DNA from: a virus
DNA: 18,558 nt
Virus genome (UHGV): UHGV-0255022
Direction: 5' to 3' (one strand)
A program made the translations under genes and the position numbers. The notes below the pieces were generated by a model. The model was not told the DNA's origin. It made no database searches and saw only the letters and a program-made list of their open reading frames with translations. This document shows positions 1 to 7,487 of the stretch, piece after piece. The first letter of the stretch is position 1. The number at the start of each line of letters is the position of its first letter.

Positions 1-23
1 TCACTACATGTGTTAAATATTGA

Positions 24-53
24 AACGGGCGTATAACACGCCCGTTGTTTTAT
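24..53 (+). terminator. Intrinsic-terminator-like hairpin at the prophage left boundary
   Basis: Inverted repeat aacgggcgt (24-32) / acgcccgtt (38-46) with a 5-nt loop, followed by gttttat (47-53). It may terminate a flanking host gene or lie in the att core region. Confidence 0.45.
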
Positions 54-66
54 GATGATGTAAAAT

Positions 67-103
67 CTTCCCCAAAACTTTCCCCAAAACCCTTCCCCAA
101 AAC
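67..103. repeat. Three tandem direct repeats of ttccccaaaac between the int stop codon and the boundary hairpin; candidate arm-type integrase binding sites
   Basis: The motif ttccccaaaac occurs at 68-78, 80-90 and 93-103, immediately 3' of the int stop (114-116). The position matches the P' arm of lambda-type att sites; the function is inferred. Confidence 0.4.
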
Positions 104-113
104 TGGCTATTTT

Positions 114-1256
114 CTATGCTGTTTTGATATCTACGATAATCCAGTCTTTACCACGATCATCATTGTATCGGTCGGTCATTTTTCTGGATTTATGGCCTAA
201 CAACTTTTGCGTATCCAGACCCTGTTCCCGATATAACCGTTCTGACAGAGATCGCTGCTCATGAAATGTGGGCGCAGTTCCTTGCTCCCATTTTATGCCA
301 CATTTTTCCCGGGCCTTTTTAAAAGCCGTTGTCAGAGTATTTGCAGAAACCTGGTCTCCTCTGTTTGCTTGAGAGGTAGTGTGACGGTAATGGACCAGAT
401 ATTTACTAACAACAGCATCCCTGCACTGAGATATAACTTCACGAAGGGTAATATTCAGAGCATCGCATTTCAGGTTAAGCGGAATAGCAAGTTTTGAACC
501 GGTTTTTTCCTGAGTAATGTGCAACATGTCGTCCCATATATCAGAGAATTTCAAATTGCAGATATCGCCTAAACGTTGTCCAGTAACAAGAGCAAGTAGC
601 ATGCCGCATTTTAAATAGGGCTGCCGTCTGCTTACGCTGTCAAATATTGCCTGCCATTCGGGCAGTGACAATCTTTGGCGGTTTACTCGATTTCGCGGTT
701 GTTTTGTTGCCTGCGCTGGGTTAAATCCTGGCGGAACATGTCCTGCGTGTTGTGCTTCTTTGAAGACGTCGATCAACACCATTCTCACGACTTGCGCCAT
801 CCTGTTATGACCTTCAGCCTTTACAGCATCAATTATTTCGGCAATATCAAGTGCGGTAATATCCTTGAGGTGTTGCATTCCACAATGCTCACGGAAAAGA
901 CGAATGGGTTTGCCTTTTTGCCGATAGGAGTTGGGTCTTAGTTCATTATGTTGCAGCCTGTCCTCTTGGATAGAAATATATTTATCAAGCCATTCTGTCA
1001 CCGTAATGTCTGAGCGCCTGCCTTTCATTCTTTCCAGACGCTCATTGACGCTTAATATTTGTCTGGTACGTTGTTCAGCAATAATGGTATTTGCTTCAGT
1101 AGCAACTTGTTTTGCTTCATTCTCATCAGTTCCTAAGCTATGAAAACGACCGGATAGTGGATGTTTGTATTGCCAATATACCTTTCCGGTTCGCTTATCT
1201 AATTTGCAATATAAATTGGGTATAGAGATTTTGTGAGATCGGGGTCTAGCAGCCAT
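114..1256 (-). CDS. int: Phage integrase, tyrosine recombinase of the lambda Int family
   Basis: 380-aa ORF with an arm-binding-like N-terminus (RSHKISIPNLY...RTGK) and a C-terminal catalytic region (HEQRSLSERLY, LLGHKS) resembling lambda Int. It sits at the prophage end and overlaps xis. Confidence 0.9.
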   Translation of the reverse strand: MAARPRSHKISIPNLYCKLDKRTGKVYWQYKHPLSGRFHSLGTDENEAKQVATEANTIIAEQRTRQILSVNERLERMKGRRSDITVTEWLDKYISIQEDRLQHNELRPNSYRQKGKPIRLFREHCGMQHLKDITALDIAEIIDAVKAEGHNRMAQVVRMVLIDVFKEAQHAGHVPPGFNPAQATKQPRNRVNRQRLSLPEWQAIFDSVSRRQPYLKCGMLLALVTGQRLGDICNLKFSDIWDDMLHITQEKTGSKLAIPLNLKCDALNITLREVISQCRDAVVSKYLVHYRHTTSQANRGDQVSANTLTTAFKKAREKCGIKWEQGTAPTFHEQRSLSERLYREQGLDTQKLLGHKSRKMTDRYNDDRGKDWIIVDIKTA

Positions 1257-1482
1257 CAGCGATTATCCTTTGGAGTTTTGGGTTTGCGTTTATTGGGAGT
1301 TGCGGTTCTGCAAGCGTTCCTACAAAACGGGAATTTCGGTCAATCATCCAGTAGCGACCAACTTTTATAGCGGGTGGGGCCATCATTTTCCCTTGCGCGT
1401 ATTTTTTCAGAACTCGCTCACTTGGTGCTAAGTCCCCAAATTCTTCTTTAGCCCAGTCCTGTAAAGTGATTAGTCGAGACAT
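1246..1482 (-). CDS. xis: Excisionase (Xis)
   Basis: 78-aa ORF directly upstream of int, overlapping it by 11 nt. It has a TLQDW winged-helix-like N-terminus similar to lambda Xis and a strong SD (gaggagg) upstream of the ATG. Confidence 0.75.
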   Translation of the reverse strand: MSRLITLQDWAKEEFGDLAPSERVLKKYAQGKMMAPPAIKVGRYWMIDRNSRFVGTLAEPQLPINANPKLQRIIADGC

Positions 1483-1621
1483 TTGTCCTCCTCTTAGCTG
1501 CTGAGGGAGTTTGTGACCGATATATCTGACATGATATTAAGCTCATGGCAGGTACATCTCTTGACTGGTCATAGAGATAAATTTAATGCTGAGAAATGCA
1601 GTATTGAATTTATCAATTTTT

Positions 1622-1861
1622 CTATTTCCTGCGCATGTCACGTAACTTCTTAATGTGTTCTGCCGTTTCGATCTCTTCTGCTATCCGATCTGCATCAGCT
1701 TTATTCACAGGTTCAAAGTCATGATTAAAGCGGAACATGCTGGCGATACATGTTCTGCCTTTTCGGATGTAGTGAACTTTGTTGTGGGTAGAACGCAGGA
1801 TTTTGCAGGGAGTGCCGTGGTGGTCGACGTACCAGGTGTTAGGGTCAATCACTCTGAACAT
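1622..1861 (-). CDS. Hypothetical early-left (b/ea region) protein
   Basis: 79-aa ORF co-oriented with the leftward operon, overlapping the next gene by 17 nt. No recognisable family. Confidence 0.4.
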   Translation of the reverse strand: MFRVIDPNTWYVDHHGTPCKILRSTHNKVHYIRKGRTCIASMFRFNHDFEPVNKADADRIAEEIETAEHIKKLRDMRRK

Positions 1862-2174
1862 TCTTGACCTTGTGTTGTGCGGATTGATATTCAGTGCTGA
1901 TATTCACCTTTATAGCGAACACCTTTACCGGTTTATCGCCAAAGTGCGGATGTGTGATTGTCTTCACTTCATATCCGTCATACGGAACATCAATTCTGCG
2001 ACTGGAATCGTCGCGCTTCGGATATCCCTTTGTGATAATCAGGCGGTCATATTCCCGGAACATAATTCGCTTATTCCAGTAGTCATTACACAAGCGATAC
2101 TCTTCCGTTTTCTCTCCGCGAATCATGGCATCGAAGTATTCACTTTTAACAGCAAGTTGCAGGTTAGCCATCAC
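1845..2174 (-). CDS. ASCH/PUA-like domain protein (putative)
   Basis: 109-aa ORF with an N-terminal motif (LAVKSEYFDAMIRGEKTEEYR) typical of ASCH-fold proteins. Its stop overlaps the start of the upstream gene (ATGA). Confidence 0.45.
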   Translation of the reverse strand: MMANLQLAVKSEYFDAMIRGEKTEEYRLCNDYWNKRIMFREYDRLIITKGYPKRDDSSRRIDVPYDGYEVKTITHPHFGDKPVKVFAIKVNISTEYQSAQHKVKNVQSD

Positions 2175-2392
2175 TTAATCCCCCTTTGTTTGCGGATAAG
2201 CTCCAGATCTTGCTGGCAACTGGCGCAAGTCCGACAACCCTGAACGGCCAGGCGTCTTCGTTCATCTATCGGATCGCCACACTCACAACAATGAGTGGCA
2301 GATACAGCCAGGTAGTTCAGGCGGCGCATTTTTATTGCTGTGTTGCGCTGTAATTCTTCTATTTCTGATGCTGAATCAATGATGTCTGCCAT
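2171..2392 (-). CDS. TraR/DksA-family C4 zinc-finger protein (lambda Orf73-like)
   Basis: 73-aa ORF with CxxC...(17)...CxxC (CCECGDPIDERRRLAVQGCRTCASC), the signature of TraR/DksA-type RNA polymerase secondary-channel binders. Confidence 0.65.
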   Translation of the reverse strand: MADIIDSASEIEELQRNTAIKMRRLNYLAVSATHCCECGDPIDERRRLAVQGCRTCASCQQDLELIRKQRGIK

Positions 2393-2444
2393 CTTTCATT
2401 AATCCCTGAACTGTTGGTTAATACGCTTGAGGGTGAATGCGAAC

Positions 2445-2468
2445 AATAAAAAAGGAGCCTGTAGCTCC
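2445..2468 (-). terminator. Weak intrinsic terminator candidate inside the leftward operon
   Basis: On the minus strand, ggagc-tacag-gctcc (5-bp stem) is followed by ttttttatt. It lies about 23 bp downstream of the stop of ORF 2491..2772. Confidence 0.3.
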
Positions 2469-2490
2469 CTGATAATTTTGCTTTTCATGT

Positions 2491-2772
2491 TCATCGTTCC
2501 TTAAAGACGCCGTTTAACATGCCGATTGCCAGGCTTAAATGAGTCGGTGTGAATCCCTTCAGCGTTACCGTTTCGCGGTGCTTCTTCAGTACGCTACGGC
2601 AAATGTCATTGACGTTTTTATCCGGAAACTGCTGTCTGACTTTTTTGATTTCAGAATTAGCCTGACGGGCAATGCTGCGAAGGGCATTTTCTTGCTGAGG
2701 TGTCACTGAACAAGCCCCATGTCGGCAAGCATAAGCACACAGAATATGAAGCCCGCTGCCAGAAAAATGCAT
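2491..2772 (-). CDS. Hypothetical early-left protein
   Basis: 93-aa ORF in the operon orientation. The true start is uncertain: an internal GTG at 2706 is possible and no strong SD was seen. Confidence 0.35.
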   Translation of the reverse strand: MHFSGSGLHILCAYACRHGACSVTPQQENALRSIARQANSEIKKVRQQFPDKNVNDICRSVLKKHRETVTLKGFTPTHLSLAIGMLNGVFKER

Positions 2773-2782
2773 TCAGTGGTTG

Positions 2783-2974
2783 TCATACCTGGTCTCTCTC
2801 ATCTGCTTCTGCTTTCGCCACCATCATTTCCAGCTTTTGTGAAAGGGATGTGGCTAACGTATGAAATTCTTCGTCTGTTTCTGCTGGTATTGGCACAAAC
2901 CTGACTCCAATTTGAGCAAGGCTATGTGCCAAATCAATACTCGTTCTTAACTCAACAGGAGATGCTTTGTGCAT
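2783..2974 (-). CDS. Small early protein, lambda orf63-like by size and position
   Basis: 63-aa ORF that overlaps the next ORF by 28 nt, the arrangement I recall for lambda orf63/orf60a. Sequence identity is not verified. Confidence 0.45.
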   Translation of the reverse strand: MHKASPVELRTSIDLAHSLAQIGVRFVPIPAETDEEFHTLATSLSQKLEMMVAKAEADERDQV

Positions 2975-3135
2975 ACCGCCCCCCGTTTATTATTTATCTC
3001 CTCAGCCAGCCGCTGGGCTTTCAGCGGATTTCGGATAACAGAAAGACCGTGAAATACCCAGCCTCGCTTTGTAACGGAGTAGACGAAAGTGATCGCGCCT
3101 ACCCGGATATTATCGTGAGGATGGGTCATCGCCAT
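2947..3135 (-). CDS. Small early protein, lambda orf60a-like by position
   Basis: 62-aa ORF immediately upstream of exo and overlapping its start. Confidence 0.45.
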   Translation of the reverse strand: MAMTHPHDNIRVGAITFVYSVTKRGWVFHGLSVIRNPLKAQRLAEEINNKRGAVCTKHLLLS

Positions 3136-3806
3136 TGCTCTCCAAATACAAAACCAATTTCAGCCAGTGCTTCGTCCATTTTTTCGATGAACTCCGGCAC
3201 CATCTCGTCAAAACTCGCCATGTACTTTTCATCCCGCTCAACCACGACATAATGCAGGCCTTCACGCTTCATTCGTGGGTCATAGTTGGCAAAGTACCAG
3301 GCATCTTTTCGTGTCACCCACATGCTGTACTGCACCTGGGCCATGTAAGCCGACTTTATGGCCTCGAAACCACCGAGCCGGAACTTCATGAAATCCCGGG
3401 AGGTAAACGGGCATTTCAGCTCAAGGCCATTGCCGTCACTGCATAAACCATCGGGAGAGCAGGCGGTGCGCATACTTTCGTCGCGATAGATGATCGGGGA
3501 TTCAGTAACATTCACGCCGGAAGTGAATTCAAACAGGGTTCTGGCGTCGTTCTCGTACTGTTTTCCCCACGCCAGCGCCTTAGCATTAACTTCCGGAGCC
3601 ACACCGGTGCAAACCTCAGCCAGCAGGGTGTGGAAGTAGGACATTTTCATGTCAGGCCACTTCTTTCCTGAGCGGGGCTTTGCTATCACGTTGTGAACTT
3701 CTGAAGCGGTGATGACGCCGAGCCGTAATTTGTGCCATGCATCATCCCCCTGTTCGACAGCTCTCACGTCGATCCCGGTACGCTGCAGGATAATGTCCGG
3801 TGTCAT
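3126..3806 (-). CDS. exo: Lambda-type 5'-3' exonuclease (Red alpha)
   Basis: 226-aa product that is near-identical to lambda Exo as I recall it ([47 protein letters not shown]...). It overlaps bet by 4 nt, as in lambda. Confidence 0.95.
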   Translation of the reverse strand: MTPDIILQRTGIDVRAVEQGDDAWHKLRLGVITASEVHNVIAKPRSGKKWPDMKMSYFHTLLAEVCTGVAPEVNAKALAWGKQYENDARTLFEFTSGVNVTESPIIYRDESMRTACSPDGLCSDGNGLELKCPFTSRDFMKFRLGGFEAIKSAYMAQVQYSMWVTRKDAWYFANYDPRMKREGLHYVVVERDEKYMASFDEMVPEFIEKMDEALAEIGFVFGEQWR

Positions 3807-4588
3807 GCTGCCACCTTCTGCTCAGTGGCTTTCTGTTTCAGGAATCCAAGAGCTTTCACTGCTTCGGCCTGTGTCAGTTCTGACGATGCGCGAATGTCGC
3901 GGCGAAATATCTGGGAACAGAGCGGCAATAAGTCGTCATCCCATGTTTTGTCCAGGGCAATCAGCAGAGTGTTAATCTCCTGCATGGTTTCATCGTTAAC
4001 CGGAGTGATGTCGCGTTCCGGCTGACGTTCCGCAGTGTATGCAGTATTTTCGACAATGCGCTCGGCTTCATCCTTGTCATAGATACCAGCAAATCCGAAG
4101 GCCAGACGGGCACACTGAATCATGGCTTTATGCCGTAACATCCGTTTGGGATGCGACTGCCACGGCCCCGTGATTTCTCTGCCTTCGCGAGTTTTGAATG
4201 GTTCGCGGCGGCATTCATCCATCCATTCGGTAACGCAGATCGGATGATTGCGGTCTTTGCGGTAAATCCGGCACGTACATGATTCATTGTCCTGCTCAAA
4301 GTCCATGCCATCAAACTGCTGGTTTTCATTGATGATGCGGGACCAGCCATCAACGCCCACCACCGGAACGATGCCGTTCTGCTTATCAGGGAAGGCGTAA
4401 ATTTCTTTCGTCCACGGATTAAGGCCGTACTGGTTGGCGACGATCAGCAATGCGATGAACTGCGCATCGCTGGCATCACCTTTAAATGCCGTCTGACGAA
4501 GAGTGGTGATCAGTTCCTGTGGGTCGACAGAATCCATGCCGACACGTTCAGCCAGCTTCCCAGCCAGCGTTGCGAGTGCTGTACTCAT
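3803..4588 (-). CDS. bet: Red beta single-strand annealing protein
   Basis: 261-aa product matching lambda Bet as recalled ([59 protein letters not shown]...). Confidence 0.95.
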   Translation of the reverse strand: MSTALATLAGKLAERVGMDSVDPQELITTLRQTAFKGDASDAQFIALLIVANQYGLNPWTKEIYAFPDKQNGIVPVVGVDGWSRIINENQQFDGMDFEQDNESCTCRIYRKDRNHPICVTEWMDECRREPFKTREGREITGPWQSHPKRMLRHKAMIQCARLAFGFAGIYDKDEAERIVENTAYTAERQPERDITPVNDETMQEINTLLIALDKTWDDDLLPLCSQIFRRDIRASSELTQAEAVKALGFLKQKATEQKVAA

Positions 4589-4593
4589 CCGTT

Positions 4594-4890
4594 TTATACC
4601 TCTGAATCAATATCAACATGGTGGTGAGCAATGGTTTCAACCATGTACCGGATGTGTTCTGCCATGCGCTCCTGAAACTCAACATCGTCATCAAACGCAC
4701 GGGTAATGGCTTTTTTGCTGGCCCCGCAGCGTTGCAAATGATCGATGCAGAGTGATTCAAACAGGTGCTGTGGAAGACCTTTTTCCATGTCGTCTGCCAG
4801 TTCTGCCTCTTTCTCTTCACGGGCGATCTGCTGGTAGTGACGCGCCCAGCTTTGAGCCTCAAGACGATCCTGAATGTAATAAGCGTTCAT
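4594..4890 (-). CDS. gam: Gam, RecBCD inhibitor (short 98-aa form)
   Basis: 98-aa product matching the lambda GamS region as recalled ([21 protein letters not shown]...[10 protein letters not shown]), with an SD (caggag) upstream. The frame is closed upstream, so the lambda long-form N-terminal extension is absent. Confidence 0.9.
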   Translation of the reverse strand: MNAYYIQDRLEAQSWARHYQQIAREEKEAELADDMEKGLPQHLFESLCIDHLQRCGASKKAITRAFDDDVEFQERMAEHIRYMVETIAHHHVDIDSEV

Positions 4891-4965
4891 GGCTGAACTC
4901 CTGAAAATGGCTGTGAAAATATCGCCTGCGAAATGCCGGGCTGATTAGGTAAACAGGAAAGGGGA

Positions 4966-5256
4966 TTAGTGATTCAGGCCGTTGCCGCGTCCGTCGAGAA
5001 AAACTTCCACGAGCAAATCACGGGTATAAGTGCGCTCGATGCCGCGATGCAGATAAAGCCGTCCGCGTAAATTAGCTGATGCAGTCCAGGTACCATCTTT
5101 GTGTTTGACCAGCATTCCTGGCATGACCGCACCGCGATTAACGGTCTGCGTTCCGTAATGTTGATGAACCATAAAAACTCCTGCCCGTAAGCTGGGCTGC
5201 TGAACATATAGAGACTTCTGCGCGTATTCAGGCGGTGGATGGCCGCCGGTTGTCAT
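4966..5256 (-). CDS. Hypothetical protein, first ORF of the predicted pL transcript
   Basis: 96-aa ORF with a GAGG about 11 nt upstream. It has no arginine-rich N-like motif and no recognisable family. An alternative 77-aa frame (4974..5207) overlaps it. Confidence 0.35.
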   Translation of the reverse strand: MTTGGHPPPEYAQKSLYVQQPSLRAGVFMVHQHYGTQTVNRGAVMPGMLVKHKDGTWTASANLRGRLYLHRGIERTYTRDLLVEVFLDGRGNGLNH

Positions 5257-5430
5257 AACTAAGCCGCCTCGTTGAAGCGACTAAGGTATGAAATGTTGAG
5301 TTAATTTCAGCTGGTCACACCGACGTTCACGCGTCCGTTTCACCCCTCGCACTCCCCGAAGCCTGCTGAAATTCAAACTGCGGATCTAAGCGGTCATCGC
5401 AACGGTGAATCAGGTAGTTGCCGTATCGTT

Positions 5431-5510
5431 GTGTTGTTGCGATGAACTTATTTAAAACTATAGTTGTTTTATCGTCAACAACAAAAGTTGTTTTATTGGT
5501 TGTTTTAGAT
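5431..5510 (-). promoter_or_regulatory. Predicted leftward early promoter pL with an OL operator cluster of GTTGTT/AACAAC half-sites
   Basis: Minus strand: -35 TTGACG (plus 5473-5478), 17-bp spacer, -10 TTAAAT (plus 5450-5455). It is embedded in repeated GTTGTT/AACAAC inverted half-sites (AACAAC-tttt-GTTGTT, GTTGTTGACG...AACAAC) that mirror the OR architecture. Confidence 0.5.
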
Positions 5511-5619
5511 ATAACTGGTTGTATTTAGGATGGATTTATTTTGTGACTTGAATCGCATAGCGATAACTGAAGCGAGGTTATGGTGGTTTTTTTAACGGTG
5601 TGTGTGATGAGGGGAGGGC

Positions 5620-5646
5620 AAAAGAAAACCCGGCACGGTGACCGGG
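5620..5646 (-). terminator. Intrinsic terminator downstream of the repressor gene
   Basis: Minus strand: CCCGG-tcaccgtg-CCGGG hairpin followed by ttttctttt. It lies between the cI stop (5768) and pL. Confidence 0.45.
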
Positions 5647-5767
5647 ATTCTTACGCCGTTAGGTAAAGATATTATTGCGGTGGCTTAATATTACTACCTA
5701 GAGCAAAGATAGGAATTAGTTCTTTACTGAATGAGCACAATGCCCAGTTGATAATTTTTAATTGGTA

Positions 5768-6457
5768 CTACCCATGCTTCCTATATGTCTGCGGCATGCT
5801 CCCAATAACCTTACCGAAGATGAACACCCGGTTCATCTCGTCTTTCTCGATCGGGTCCCACGGTGAGTAGCTTTTGTTATCAGAGATGACCAGCAGCTTA
5901 TCCTTCATCATTTGCAGGCGCTTTACATGGGCTGTGTCGTCGTACAGAAACGCATAGATACCATCACCGTCGAAAGATTTAACTGTGATATCAACGAACA
6001 GCAGATCACCTGGTTCGATCGTTCCTGACATGCTGTCACCACGCACGTTAATGATGCGGATATTTTCCGCCTTCCTACCATCGAACATGTGACGAGCATC
6101 GTCAAACGAGTACTCAACCGAGCGTAGAACTTCTACAAACTCACGGTTGATGACTCCCGGCCCAGCACTGACTTCTATATCAAGAACGTCAATCTTGAAG
6201 TATTTGGAATGGCTGACAGTTGATTGTATTGGTTGCACTGTACTGTCTGACATATTTCCAACGCCAGAAGATAACCATTCTGCGCGCACACCCAAAGCGT
6301 TCGCGATCTCCACGATTTTAGTTGTTTGATTAGCTTTCCCTGTTTCGATTTTCTGAATAGCAGCCTGGCTAACCCCGACCAAATCCCCAAGCGCCTTTTG
6401 TGTAAGGCCTCGCGCTAATCTGGCTTCTTTAAGTCTTTCTGAGAGTGTTGTTTTCAT
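5768..6457 (-). CDS. CI-type prophage repressor (N-terminal XRE HTH, C-terminal S24 LexA-like autopeptidase)
   Basis: HTH motif LTQKALGDLVGVSQAAIQKIETGK; an Ala-Gly cleavage site (SAGPG); catalytic Ser in GDSMSGT and Lys in HVKRL. The start is placed at MKTTLSERL (ATG 6457) rather than the ORF-track start at 6523, which lies inside the operator. It is divergent from the cro-like gene and probably leaderless. Confidence 0.85.
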   Translation of the reverse strand: MKTTLSERLKEARLARGLTQKALGDLVGVSQAAIQKIETGKANQTTKIVEIANALGVRAEWLSSGVGNMSDSTVQPIQSTVSHSKYFKIDVLDIEVSAGPGVINREFVEVLRSVEYSFDDARHMFDGRKAENIRIINVRGDSMSGTIEPGDLLFVDITVKSFDGDGIYAFLYDDTAHVKRLQMMKDKLLVISDNKSYSPWDPIEKDEMNRVFIFGKVIGSMPQTYRKHG

Positions 6458-6463
6458 AGTCCA

Positions 6464-6492
6464 AATGTACAACCAAGGTTTTATTCCATCAA
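6464..6492 (-). promoter_or_regulatory. Predicted PRM-like promoter for a leaderless repressor mRNA
   Basis: Minus strand: -35 TTGATG (plus 6487-6492), 17-bp spacer, -10 TACATT (plus 6464-6469), with the cI ATG about 7 nt downstream and no SD. Confidence 0.4.
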
Positions 6493-6498
6493 ACGAAA

Positions 6499-6534
6499 AT
6501 GGTTGTTGACTAAAAACAACCATAGTTTTAATCT
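6499..6534 (+). promoter_or_regulatory. PR promoter overlapping a 25-bp perfect palindromic operator
   Basis: Palindrome ATGGTTGTTgactaaaAACAACCAT (6499-6523). -35 TTGACT (6506-6511), 17-bp spacer, -10 TAATCT (6529-6534), then SD GGAGG (6552-6556) and the cro-like ATG at 6562. Confidence 0.6.
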
Positions 6535-6561
6535 TGATTCAAATTAACCACGGAGGTTGTT

Positions 6562-6792
6562 ATGAACCCAGCTATCAAAACAGCGATCAATATCGTTGGT
6601 TCACAAAAGAAACTGGGCGCTGCTTGCGAAGTTTCACAGCAGGCCGTCTATAAGTGGCTTCACAACAAAGCAAAGGTATCCCCTGAACATGTCGGCAGCA
6701 TTGTTACGGCTACTGGTGGAGTAGTGAAGGCATACCAGATTCGCCCGGATCTTCCGAAGTTGTTTCCACACACCGAAAAGAACGCAGCTTAA
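6562..6792 (+). CDS. Cro-like HTH regulator (YdaS-like)
   Basis: 76-aa ORF, first gene of the rightward operon, with an HTH (SQKKLGAACEVSQQAVYKWL) and a strong SD. Confidence 0.8.
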   Translation: MNPAIKTAINIVGSQKKLGAACEVSQQAVYKWLHNKAKVSPEHVGSIVTATGGVVKAYQIRPDLPKLFPHTEKNAA

Positions 6793-6861
6793 ATTTCCAT
6801 TTCACGCTCTTTAACAATAAGCAATCAACTTAACAGTCAATTCAAACTAAAGGAGTCAATT

Positions 6862-7401
6862 ATGCAACCACTTACATACCAACAGACTAGCGGATTTAGC
6901 CCGACTGCGGTGATAAATCGTTCTCAAACAAAACAGGTGCCAGGCCACGAAAAAATCCGTGATGCCGTCCGCGCCTGGTCGGCTGTAGATAATCAGGATG
7001 TCGTTGCCACACTCATTGTGAATGAGTATCTGGAGCAGGGCGGCGGCACCATCGATTTCCCTGATGATGTCAGCCGTGCACGCCAGAAGCTGTTCCGCTT
7101 CCTCGATAACAAATTCGATTCTGAAAAATACCGAAATAACGTGCGTGAACTGACCCCGGCAATTCTGGCGGTACTACCGCTGGAATATCGCGGTTACCTG
7201 GTTGAGCAGGATAGCTTCATGGCTAGGTTGGCTGAAATGGAAAAGGAACTCAGTGAGGCAAAACAGGCTGTCATTCTCAACGCACCACGCCACCAGAAAC
7301 TGAAGGAAATTAGTGAAGGTATTGTGTCGATGTTTCGTGTGGACCCAGATCTGGCTGGTCCATTGATGGCGATGGTTACTACCATGCTGGGGGCGATATG
7401 A
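6862..7401 (+). CDS. YdaT-like prophage protein in the CII position
   Basis: 179-aa ORF with SD aaaggag. The motifs EYLEQGGG and LTPAILAVLP resemble Rac-prophage YdaT as recalled. It lies between cro and O, where lambda has cII. Confidence 0.5.
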   Translation: MQPLTYQQTSGFSPTAVINRSQTKQVPGHEKIRDAVRAWSAVDNQDVVATLIVNEYLEQGGGTIDFPDDVSRARQKLFRFLDNKFDSEKYRNNVRELTPAILAVLPLEYRGYLVEQDSFMARLAEMEKELSEAKQAVILNAPRHQKLKEISEGIVSMFRVDPDLAGPLMAMVTTMLGAI

Positions 7402-7487
7402 CAGGTTCAGAAATGGCGAAAGCCGGTCTGCTGGAACAGAACCGACTTTCAGGTGCAAATCGTAACACACTCATTGCGGGAGGAATT

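Noticed and set aside
1-113. tRNA gene at the prophage boundary as an integration target
   Set aside because: No cloverleaf-compatible sequence or tRNA 3' end (T-arm/CCA context) is visible in 1-113. Only a simple hairpin and direct repeats are present.
261-1143. Plus-strand ORFs (261..497, 675..941, 931..1143) inside the integrase gene
   Set aside because: These are antisense shadow ORFs within a well-supported integrase CDS, with no RBS and low-complexity Cys/Leu-rich translations.
4974-5207. Alternative 77-aa minus-strand ORF overlapping the 96-aa ORF
   Set aside because: It lies in a different frame from the better-supported 96-aa ORF, which has an SD-like GAGG upstream, and it is Cys-rich and low complexity. 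Only one of the two can be real and neither is certain.
5290-5370. Arg-rich short frame (VRGVKRTRERRCDQLKLTQHFIP) in the pL leader, considered as an N-like ARM
   Set aside because: It is only 23 codons from a GTG with no SD, and the upstream frame has no ATG. The ARM resemblance is probably coincidental; it is worth a profile search but is not called.
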